36,121 nt of DNA, from IMG/VR virus record IMGVR_UViG_2778261180_000005; one strand, written 5' to 3'. The notes under the pieces are model-generated. The model saw only the letters and a program-made list of their open reading frames with translations, did no database searches and had not been told where the DNA came from. Each line of letters opens with the position of its first letter. Position 1 is the first letter of the stretch. The translations under genes were made by a program, and so were the position numbers. This DNA is from a virus (taxonomy: Duplodnaviria; Heunggongvirae; Uroviricota; Caudoviricetes). Shown piece after piece: positions 9,901 through 17,091 of the stretch.

Positions 9901-10686
9901 TTTCAGGAATGAATCAACGTTAATGTTTTCAATCGGTACGGATAATCCATATTTTTCATTTGTTAGGTAGTGGAAAATCTGGTCCACGCCGTTAGTGCTA
10001 GCCTCAATAGCATTGGTTTCGAGGTTACGAATTTTAAGGCCGCAAACGTCTACCGCTACCTGGCTATTAGGCTGGAGAATATCAACACCAGCAGCCAAAG
10101 ATTTGTCATCACGACGTAAAACAATACACATAGTCGCAATGCCGTTACCCTGATACCGGTCATCCCAATCAGCGCCCAAATGATGTTTAGCAAGATCTAA
10201 TGCAGTGTTAGGATTTTTACCAGTGCGAAACTCGACTTCTAACACTTTGCGATATTCGTCTTTAATGTTTCCTTTATCGAGAATACCATCACGAATTGTC
10301 ATATTCTGACTAATGAGAACGTTTTTATTATCGATGTGCAGTGCTTTAAAGTGATCGATCTCACCTTCGGCAATAGCAAAAATTTGTACCAGTTTGTTAT
10401 TTTCACGCTGTGAAATTGCTTTGTAAACGCAGATTGCACCAGTTCGGGTAGTACCGAAAAGAACGGGTAATACTGTCTTAGGATCGTTTGATGTTCCTAG
10501 TGTCACCGCATTATCTGGGCTTTGTACTTTCGGTGTTTTTGGTGCGCCTACAGTGGAAGCAATCAAGGTCATTGCACCAGCAGCCATACCGATAGCGACT
10601 GCGGTCATAACAGAAAATGTTGCAGCAGCAGCCATCCCAGCAGACGCACCAGCAATAACCGCGCCTACCAATACTTCAAATCCCAT
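6910..10686 (-). CDS. central tail fibre / host-specificity protein, lambda J-like (1258 aa)
   Basis: Position after K/L/M-like genes; fibronectin-III-like middle; C-terminus (DDHPFDRQIIVPAISFGG...VIDMPAGHG...) resembles the lambda J receptor-binding end; N-terminal Gly/Ala-rich hydrophobic segment resembles the gpI C-terminal region. Confidence 0.85.
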   Translation of the reverse strand: MGFEVLVGAVIAGASAGMAAAATFSVMTAVAIGMAAGAMTLIASTVGAPKTPKVQSPDNAVTLGTSNDPKTVLPVLFGTTRTGAICVYKAISQRENNKLVQIFAIAEGEIDHFKALHIDNKNVLISQNMTIRDGILDKGNIKDEYRKVLEVEFRTGKNPNTALDLAKHHLGADWDDRYQGNGIATMCIVLRRDDKSLAAGVDILQPNSQVAVDVCGLKIRNLETNAIEASTNGVDQIFHYLTNEKYGLSVPIENINVDSFLKVRKQVRQMDLHSNGACDPNASFKENLTSLMQTFGGVMFESFGRITLKLDAPDIVKHTFNEDNIMMGKVSLKTGGTNGYFNTINAMYQEPSIDYSEQMLRYPADAENDATIRQDGRIIAKDIEYRFVKSKTQIDKLASIERNKSRITQVISFMTTDAFTAEVWDVISVTYDELKLNNSLWRITAIDRSIDSGIAGMMTITATEYNSQVYTDLNYAATPDNRPTGLPDSMTVQKPTNFRIKATGETIHGKNVTLTWDAPEDFNRYGFQIDYRVSGSPNWIKLGQTSQQIFNINALAKDRSYDYRVCAFGIIARSEWVELVNQNPEVTYELPTPVIRIKNQGSSPGTFEGNDLIIEWENQQALDVVINGETNKFSDLFEAYIIKVTNKAGKSIQYRTRDPESWTYTLDMNQFNGLSRQLTVEVSAKGYNNSESAPARLVAINPQHKPMKGFSARGGFNTAFVSWADDVEHDYAGSIIQYATDNTFSDARAVTTNSVSHTSFDLADGDYYIRGAHYDIFGMDDAVWSEPYFMQMKSTISWDDQDKEALEDLIGLQDRLDETIADAIAQAGANADAKIDAMHKQITTETGQTVQASANTLKSLIATSEQASSTKIDQVKAELKGDITNEVSASATTLKQAIATSEAASASKIDQVRVEMDGKIAGVNQEADVKIDALKGTINSKYNLAVNADGRVAGIHMSATNDPAEPTRIIFTADKIAVAPQDGSEVCPFGIEDNKVYLDNAMIRNAAIGTAQISDAAITTAKIGTAQINGAHIQHAQIGTGHIIDGSIDNAKIGNYIQSYNWNGNDGWYIGKDGTCHFRHANIRGHLVADSGEMNNVTINSSCRILGMLDANQVRGDFVKAIGRRFPHWDENPSLGYPGYPQGTITVRIEDDHPFDRQIIVPAISFGGLNAREGSNNNTYYDNCRLIVRKNGAELYNRAYGRQTGLYSAVIDMPAGHGPVTLTFEVSSSAINNWTPSTWISDLSVIVTKKAATGISVS

Positions 10687-11105
10687 TATTCACCCCCGAA
10701 TCTATAAACTTGTTCATAGTCAATGTCTGAAACAGGAATGGTCATCCAGATACCATCTTCTTCAACGAGGCCATAACCGGAATAATGAGGAACTACGGAA
10801 TAATATTTGCGGTTTCCTAATTTGTGGGCTGTGACCAGTAAGTCGCCGTCCTGTAAGTCATCAGTGACTAATTTGAAATGTTTCTTAATTGGTTGAAGGA
10901 TATTTGAATACCCGCTTAATTCTTTGCAGATTTTCAAGCCTTCTTCTTTAGTTGAATATTTTTTATAAAGAGAATTATATAGGTCAGTACCAGCGAGAAT
11001 ATCGATGATCTTACATGCAATGAGATTGCAATCATTCTCGCCTTGAACGAACTCCTGACCTATTAAAGAATTGATATAATCGGTGATAAGCCTAGTTTTT
11101 AGCAT
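10686..11105 (-). CDS. tail assembly protein, NlpC/P60-like (gpK-like), 139 aa
   Basis: Start at 11105 with GGAGGT SD; conserved Cys (GENDCNL) and His (VVPHYSGYG); stop overlaps the J-like start (TAATG). Confidence 0.55.
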   Translation of the reverse strand: MLKTRLITDYINSLIGQEFVQGENDCNLIACKIIDILAGTDLYNSLYKKYSTKEEGLKICKELSGYSNILQPIKKHFKLVTDDLQDGDLLVTAHKLGNRKYYSVVPHYSGYGLVEEDGIWMTIPVSDIDYEQVYRFGGE

Positions 11106-11151
11106 GTTGAATACCTCCATGCTGTTATTTACTAGGCTTAGGGAGAAGGGA

Positions 11152-11805
11152 TTATTTCTTCGATGAATGCCACTTACTTTCGCTATTCCAGCGACCCGTC
11201 CTTGAGAAGAATAGATCGTTCTCGTTTCCAACATAGGATCGGTGGATACCATCGGAGGCATGACTTCGAGCGTTTTTATCTAGAACTTCCCAGATACTAT
11301 TAAGCTGAAATTCTGATTCGTTTTTACACTCATCATCTTCATGTTCGATGTTAATACCGATGGAATCGACTACCCCACGGAAAACAGGGTAAGTGGTTTC
11401 AACCTTGCCCGTGTTGGGGTTAAGGAAAACCATCTCGATTTTCACATCAGATTTATCGAATTGCTTGTTTCGAATCAGGGTAATGTATTCTTCGCGAACG
11501 TTAGAAACAGTTACGTTGATCCCGTTGTTGTTGATCTCCTTCTCTTCGGTATTCGATGAGATTTGAAGAAAATCACCCGTTGCGAGATACGTAAAACCGT
11601 TATAGTCCAAATCGAAATACCCATCTGTAAGCCGTAGAACGTCCCCTGACGCTGTTATCACTTCGATAATGTGAAACATCGATCCAGTGGAGAAAAGCTG
11701 CGGTAGTGTCAATCTAGACACGTTCTGACCTGTCTGGTCGTTGTATACCTCGATGAAGTCCAGATTAGTGCATAGTTTGCTGAATGATTCCTGAATAGTT
11801 GCCAT
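11152..11805 (-). CDS. minor tail protein (gpL position), 217 aa
   Basis: Start ATG at 11805 overlapping the upstream stop; synteny within the tail tip module. Confidence 0.55.
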   Translation of the reverse strand: MATIQESFSKLCTNLDFIEVYNDQTGQNVSRLTLPQLFSTGSMFHIIEVITASGDVLRLTDGYFDLDYNGFTYLATGDFLQISSNTEEKEINNNGINVTVSNVREEYITLIRNKQFDKSDVKIEMVFLNPNTGKVETTYPVFRGVVDSIGINIEHEDDECKNESEFQLNSIWEVLDKNARSHASDGIHRSYVGNENDLFFSRTGRWNSESKWHSSKK

Positions 11806-12365
11806 TATACATTCTCCACTAATTCGAATTTCATCTTGCCAATCTGGGCGATCTTCCAATCGATATTTTCAGTTTTGAGAACAAATTCACCTTCTACGTT
11901 CTGATACTTGATCACCTCACCCGCCAGGACGTTCTGACGCAAGTTAGGGAAGAGTTTCATTTCGCCACCTGATTTCACATCTTCGGTGATCGTGTAGATT
12001 TTCTTGTGGTTCTCAAACTGTACAATCGTTCCCGCTTTCAGTGTTCCGGTGAAGTTGGAGAGTCTTACCTTACGCCCACCGCGAGCAGTACCAGCAGCAG
12101 CCGTAACCATCTGGCGTACATCACCTGTATATTTTGAAAAGTAAGACAGTGGCACACTAAAAGGACGACCAAAAAGGTGACGTGCTACAAATTCTTTTAC
12201 TTCGTTAATATCCTGAGCCATGAAATTCGCGGTAAATTCTGCTTCGTAAAAATGGATGCCAGTAAAGCGACGTTGGAACTTACCAGAAATAGATTGCGCC
12301 TTGAAGAAAGGCTGTTTTGATTTAAGAGTAAAATCTGTGATTTTAATATTCTTGGATTTGAACAT
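11805..12365 (-). CDS. minor tail protein (gpM position), 186 aa
   Basis: Second ATG (12365) chosen: GGGGGC SD, and the first ATG is buried in the terminator stem. Confidence 0.55.
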   Translation of the reverse strand: MFKSKNIKITDFTLKSKQPFFKAQSISGKFQRRFTGIHFYEAEFTANFMAQDINEVKEFVARHLFGRPFSVPLSYFSKYTGDVRQMVTAAAGTARGGRKVRLSNFTGTLKAGTIVQFENHKKIYTITEDVKSGGEMKLFPNLRQNVLAGEVIKYQNVEGEFVLKTENIDWKIAQIGKMKFELVENV

Positions 12366-12367
12366 AG

Positions 12368-12414
12368 AAAAAGCCCCCATAGTTTTATGATTATTTATGA
12401 CTATGGGGGCTTTT
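12368..12414 (-). terminator. strong hairpin/terminator after the tape-measure gene, overlapping the next start region
   Basis: 14-bp perfect inverted repeat AAAAGCCCCCATAG...CTATGGGGGCTTTT with a 19-nt loop and a following U-run. Confidence 0.6.
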
Positions 12415-12416
12415 AA

Positions 12417-14846
12417 TTACATCTTACGGCGCTGTGCGTCTTCTACCGCCTGAGCAACTAACTTAGCGTGACGTTTGATAGCATCCATGACCATCTTGTC
12501 TGAGCTATTAACGTTGCCGTTAATGTTCAAAGGCGCATTAACTTCAATCGGCTGAGAGTTACCACCGCCTGATTTTTGAGCAGCAAGGAAGTCTTTCAAA
12601 TCACCGTTAGTACGCTGATCAACTACTCGTTCACCCTTATCAAGCAACCATGTACCCTCACGAGGGATGTTATCAATACCATCATGAGCCATACCGCTAA
12701 CGTTAGTAGACTTGATGTTTGCGATGCTCCCCATGTTCTGAGAAACAGCCAATGCAGCAGCCGCGATTTTTTGACCTGTGGTTACGTTGGTTGGATCGTT
12801 CCATGCATCGGTAGCAGCCGTCCACATGTTCACCGTCGCTTGTCCAATGGAGAATGCTTTATGAGCAGTGAAAGCCATCTGCATAGCTTTAGTGTTTTCC
12901 TGCCCGAAGAGAGTCATTGCAGCAGCAAAACCGCCATACATATCATCGGCTATTGACTGTCGAGCATCAGCATATTTCTTCTCAATTGCAGCCATTCGTT
13001 TTTGATGGTTTTCATTGAGTTTTTCTAATGCTTCCATCCGTTTAGCCGGATCGGTGATCCCATCAATCTTGAGTTTATCGGTTTTATAATCTTGTTCAGC
13101 GTCCGATTTCTCTTTATCGATTGCATTAAATTTAGCAAACGGGTTATTCGAGTCCTGATAATCTAAACCATTGGTCAACTGATTGGTTTTAAAACCATCC
13201 ATTCCCTGTAAAGAATTTTCAATCTGAGAATAGTTTTGCTCGGTATCGTTCACACGACGCATATATTCTTCGTAGGAGATAGCTTTACCATCAAGTAACC
13301 GTTTATGGCTTTCTAGCTCGTTGTCCCTTATTTGTTGCAATTGTGTTAAGGCATTCAAAGCATCAACCGGATCAGCACCTAAAACCATTTTGTATACGTT
13401 TTCAGTATTCTGATCGATTAAGGATTGGCGTTTCGCGGCTGCGTCTTGCTGAGAGATTAAGCCCAGATCTAAAGCAGTGTCCAAATCTTTCAAGCTGGCT
13501 TCTAACTGCTTGTTCTGAGAAGCAATAGACGCGGCGACCTGCCCTTGCAATTTAACATCAAGTGCATTCAGACGCTTGATTGCATCCTCACGTTCTTTCT
13601 GTGCTTTTTCTGCGGCTTCCTTAGCCTTTTTAGCTGCCTCTTCCGCTTTCTTGCGTGCTTCTTCTTCGGCTTTCTTCTCATTGCCAGACTTACCCAATGA
13701 TTCTGGTCTTACTGGTTTATTTGGTATAGTCAAATCACGGTTAGGATCTGCCTTGCGAGTTAGATGTTCCCCGTTATCGACAACAATCAGAGAGCCATTT
13801 TTCTTATAAGAATCACCAAAACGTTTCTTAAATCCTTCAACATCAAAGCCAGCAGTACGAGGATCGACACCAGCACCACGGATCGCGGCCTTTTCCCAAT
13901 CTGCCAGATTATTCCAACGCTTTTCTTTATTGTACTTGTCAATAATCTTTTGAGCGTCTTTATGGTTGGTGTTAAGAATACCACCAGTTGCGGTCTTGCC
14001 TTCTTTATTCAGTCGATCTAATGCCCTGAATAGAGAACTCTTTTCCCAATCAATATTAAACCAGTCAAATAGCCAGTTTAAGCTATCAACCAAAGGACCA
14101 GTAATGGTCATGCCGACACCTTTCAGGTTATTTTCCAGCTTATTAATATTCTGAGAAAATTTATCATATTTTTTAGCGTTTTCTTCGGTGACGTTAACAG
14201 ATTGATTCTGAATAGCGATCATCGCCTCTTGAGCACTATTATATTTCTCAAGCTGGCTGGTCATATGGCTTGAATCACTGGCTAAAGATTCCATCATGAA
14301 CTTGATTTCAGCCATTGATTTTCCGGCTTTCTTCATGTCATAGAACACTTGGATCGCCGCTTTCATACCACCTTGCGGATCTGTCATGAAGTGAGCATAG
14401 TTTTCTAACTTAAGGCCAACCGATTCTAAGTCATCAGCAATACCACCACCGTTAGCCCACGCATCACCCATCTTATCTAAGGTGTCTTTGTTGATATCGC
14501 CAAATTTTTCAACTGTTAAGCCAGTGCCAGAAAATTCCTTTTCCAGTCTTTGAAGGGATTCAATCGAGAGTCCGGTCGCCTTAGATACTTCTGAATACTG
14601 TTTAACGTATTCCGCGCCAGCTTTAGCGGCTGCAACCACTGCGGTCGCAACTAAGCCGATACCACCAGCAGCCAAACCAGCAGAGCCAGCGATCCCACGA
14701 AGAGACCCAGTCAGACCAGATAAGCCACCACCAAAATCAATATTACTTGCCTTTTCAGACAAACTATCGAGAAGGTCGGCGGCTTCATTGGTACTTCTCC
14801 TTAGACCTTTATTATCCCCTTCTATTGTTACTATATGTCTTGTCAT
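12417..14846 (-). CDS. tail tape measure protein (809 aa)
   Basis: Large coiled-coil-rich ORF downstream of the G/T chaperones; Lys/Glu/Ala repeats (KKAEEEARKKAEEAAKKAKEAAEKAQ); AAGGGG SD. Confidence 0.9.
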   Translation of the reverse strand: MTRHIVTIEGDNKGLRRSTNEAADLLDSLSEKASNIDFGGGLSGLTGSLRGIAGSAGLAAGGIGLVATAVVAAAKAGAEYVKQYSEVSKATGLSIESLQRLEKEFSGTGLTVEKFGDINKDTLDKMGDAWANGGGIADDLESVGLKLENYAHFMTDPQGGMKAAIQVFYDMKKAGKSMAEIKFMMESLASDSSHMTSQLEKYNSAQEAMIAIQNQSVNVTEENAKKYDKFSQNINKLENNLKGVGMTITGPLVDSLNWLFDWFNIDWEKSSLFRALDRLNKEGKTATGGILNTNHKDAQKIIDKYNKEKRWNNLADWEKAAIRGAGVDPRTAGFDVEGFKKRFGDSYKKNGSLIVVDNGEHLTRKADPNRDLTIPNKPVRPESLGKSGNEKKAEEEARKKAEEAAKKAKEAAEKAQKEREDAIKRLNALDVKLQGQVAASIASQNKQLEASLKDLDTALDLGLISQQDAAAKRQSLIDQNTENVYKMVLGADPVDALNALTQLQQIRDNELESHKRLLDGKAISYEEYMRRVNDTEQNYSQIENSLQGMDGFKTNQLTNGLDYQDSNNPFAKFNAIDKEKSDAEQDYKTDKLKIDGITDPAKRMEALEKLNENHQKRMAAIEKKYADARQSIADDMYGGFAAAMTLFGQENTKAMQMAFTAHKAFSIGQATVNMWTAATDAWNDPTNVTTGQKIAAAALAVSQNMGSIANIKSTNVSGMAHDGIDNIPREGTWLLDKGERVVDQRTNGDLKDFLAAQKSGGGNSQPIEVNAPLNINGNVNSSDKMVMDAIKRHAKLVAQAVEDAQRRKM

Positions 14847-14857
14847 AAATTACCCCT

Positions 14858-15199
14858 TTAACCGCTTCTGAGTTTCTCAAGCAAAGATGGATCAAACATG
14901 TTCAGCATTGCCGCTTTACGTTCTTCTTCTTTCTTGCGTGCAATTTCTTCCAGTTCTTCTTTAGTTTTAAAGAGTTTTTCTTCTCTAATTAATTGGAATT
15001 GGCTAGGCTTGAGTTTACGTGCAGTTTCGCGTGTCATTCCTTGCGACGTCATATACATGGAATATTGCAACATCGCATTCTGCATATCATGAAACGCGGG
15101 GCTTTGTGGTTCTAAGTAGGTGTCGAAAATGTATAATTTCCAAAACAGAGTGATTGGCATATTATCCATTTCATCTTTACTAAGCCCCGATCTCATCAT
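14858..15199 (-). CDS. tail assembly chaperone, T-like ORF, probably made as a G-T fusion by -1 frameshift
   Basis: No SD before its own ATG; its reading frame is open back to 18 nt upstream of the G stop; candidate slip site AAAG-UAA at the G stop. Confidence 0.5.
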   Translation of the reverse strand: MMRSGLSKDEMDNMPITLFWKLYIFDTYLEPQSPAFHDMQNAMLQYSMYMTSQGMTRETARKLKPSQFQLIREEKLFKTKEELEEIARKKEEERKAAMLNMFDPSLLEKLRSG

Positions 15200-15228
15200 T
15201 TGCCGGAAATAGAAATTCAGAAGCGGGT

Positions 15229-15537
15229 TTACTTTACCTCGTTTTCAATTACTGCCGGATCTTGCATCAATGACGCTTGAGCAACTAAACCGATTAATTC
15301 ACTTCGAACGTTAGTATACAGTGCCTTAACTTGTTCCATAGATTCAAATACTGGCTTACCGTCTTCATCTTCAATACAACGAAGAATAGAACGTTCATCA
15401 CGGTCTTCTTTATCAGTATTGAAAACATGTTCGTTAAATTCTTTTACTGACATAGGGCGAGCATAGAAAGTGAATCCACCGATGGTCAAAGATTCACGTT
15501 TCGGAGAGAGTGCGGCTAACATTTCATTAATATTCAT
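15229..15537 (-). CDS. tail assembly chaperone, G-like (102 aa)
   Basis: Conserved position between tail tube and tape measure; AGGAAA SD. Confidence 0.65.
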   Translation of the reverse strand: MNINEMLAALSPKRESLTIGGFTFYARPMSVKEFNEHVFNTDKEDRDERSILRCIEDEDGKPVFESMEQVKALYTNVRSELIGLVAQASLMQDPAVIENEVK

Positions 15538-15585
15538 TCTTGTTTCCTCTTAAGTTAATTCGATATGTTTATTTAGAATTGGAAA

Positions 15586-15612
15586 CAAAAAAGCCACCCC
15601 GAAGGATGGCTA
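15586..15612 (-). terminator. intrinsic terminator after the major tail gene
   Basis: AGCCATCC ttcg GGGTGGCT hairpin followed by UUUUUU on the minus strand. Confidence 0.7.
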
Positions 15613-15619
15613 GATAATA

Positions 15620-16093
15620 TTAGACGACTTTCTGGAAAACAGCTTGTTTAACCGGAGCACCATCTACTACAAAGGTGAAGGTACGGCCTACTACAGCATC
15701 CTCACCACCAGTCATGGTAGTTTTAGACAGGAAGCCGTTATAAGCGATATGTACACCAGATTTTTTCGTAGCATCGATGTAGTAAGCAATTTTAAGCTGT
15801 ACGCGCTTACCGTCTTCGGTTGCTTTAATCAGTTTTTCGTGTACTTCGTTACCCGGCATGTAGTTGATCGAAAGTTCGATATCCGGTACAGACATACGAC
15901 CAACCAGCTTACGGTTATAAGCACCAGAGAAGTTAGGAACATCGATCGTAGAACGTTCTACACCAGTTTCCGGGAACGCTGCGCATTCTGGGATTTCCAG
16001 ATAGGTTTCAGCATCAAGGTCTTTATTGCTTACGTCTTCTTGCAGAAACAGACCAACGAGGCCACCAGAGAAAATATCAAATTTAGTAGTCAT
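15620..16093 (-). CDS. major tail (tube) protein (157 aa)
   Basis: Immediately upstream of the G/T chaperones; AAGGAAAAG SD; followed by its own terminator. Confidence 0.7.
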   Translation of the reverse strand: MTTKFDIFSGGLVGLFLQEDVSNKDLDAETYLEIPECAAFPETGVERSTIDVPNFSGAYNRKLVGRMSVPDIELSINYMPGNEVHEKLIKATEDGKRVQLKIAYYIDATKKSGVHIAYNGFLSKTTMTGGEDAVVGRTFTFVVDGAPVKQAVFQKVV

Positions 16094-16147
16094 TATTCTT
16101 TTCCTTCTATTTTAAACAATAGGGCACATACCCGTAATTCTATTTAT

Positions 16148-16450
16148 TTAGCGGTTGCTCAAACGTCTATAACGAAGATGAGCGACCCCCCTATTTGTGC
16201 TAACGGTAATTACCGCCCCTTGCGGTGCAATACAAGAATGGATCTGTCCCCAATCATGCCCCTTATGGCTTCCAGAAACACAAAAACCATGAATAAACAA
16301 TTCAGAGTCACCGCCGCCACCACCGGAAGAATGAGCACAGAATGAAATAGTCCCGAAAGCGTCGGCTGTCCAACCGTTAGGAATATCAAACCATCCTTGA
16401 TTTGCTTTACCCGCCCTATTCCCCAAAGCGCCATCTACCCAAAATGCCAT
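16148..16450 (-). CDS. small Gly-rich protein, paralog 3 (FDIPNGW family)
   Basis: One of three tandem paralogs sharing M.xW...FDIPNGW...G-rich...(Y/H)FKF; start overlaps the upstream stop. Confidence 0.6.
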   Translation of the reverse strand: MAFWVDGALGNRAGKANQGWFDIPNGWTADAFGTISFCAHSSGGGGGDSELFIHGFCVSGSHKGHDWGQIHSCIAPQGAVITVSTNRGVAHLRYRRLSNR

Positions 16451-16755
16451 TAGTGCATTCTCCTGAATTTGAAATAATGCAATCCACCTTTACCCAATGT
16501 AAAGCTAACGGTAGCACCAGCGCCAACTAAAGAACTAGCGCCCCAACTTCCGGCATTACCAGCGTGATGACCTGATTCAATCAATCCATTTACAGCCAAT
16601 TCAGAATCAAGATCACCAGCACCGTTAATGGCTTCCATATGAGCAAAAACAATTCCGCATGAATCAGTGACCCAACCGTTGGGGATATCAAAATATCCAC
16701 CATTAGCCCAAATACTAATAGCGTTTGACATTCTTTGATTTATCCATCCAGCCAT
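16450..16755 (-). CDS. small Gly-rich protein, paralog 2 (FDIPNGW family)
   Basis: Tandem paralog, tightly packed with its neighbours. Confidence 0.6.
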   Translation of the reverse strand: MAGWINQRMSNAISIWANGGYFDIPNGWVTDSCGIVFAHMEAINGAGDLDSELAVNGLIESGHHAGNAGSWGASSLVGAGATVSFTLGKGGLHYFKFRRMH

Positions 16756-16757
16756 AA

Positions 16758-17054
16758 TTAAAACTCCATGAATTTAAAATATTCAACACCACCTTCACCC
16801 CCTAAACCAAAGGAGACGGTGCAGCCAGCAGGAACAAACGAATTTATAGTAGATCCCCAATTGGACCCACCACGACGACGAGCAACGGTCAAACCATCTA
16901 CGTTAATATGTGCATCAGACCATCCACCACCAGCATTATGACGCATGACAGCAACGCCAGCGCGAGCAGTACCATAGCCGTTAGGAATATCAAATACATG
17001 CCATTTTAAAGCATCGATTTTAGTATTAATTTCACTACTTACCCAATATCCCAT
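16758..17054 (-). CDS. small Gly-rich protein, paralog 1 (FDIPNGY family)
   Basis: Tandem paralog; AAGGA SD; preceded on the mRNA by hairpin GCGGGGA..TCCCCGC (17068..17085). Confidence 0.6.
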   Translation of the reverse strand: MGYWVSSEINTKIDALKWHVFDIPNGYGTARAGVAVMRHNAGGGWSDAHINVDGLTVARRRGGSNWGSTINSFVPAGCTVSFGLGGEGGVEYFKFMEF

Positions 17055-17091
17055 ATAAGAATCCTTAGCGGGGATTTCTCCCCGCTTCCAA

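Noticed and set aside
7128-10707. Multiple 60-120-aa ORFs on both strands within the J-like gene
   Set aside because: All nested inside a long, well-supported structural gene; no independent signals.
15644-16345. 233-aa plus-strand ORF
   Set aside because: Antisense to the tail tube gene and paralog 3; would span a terminator and two genes on the opposite strand.
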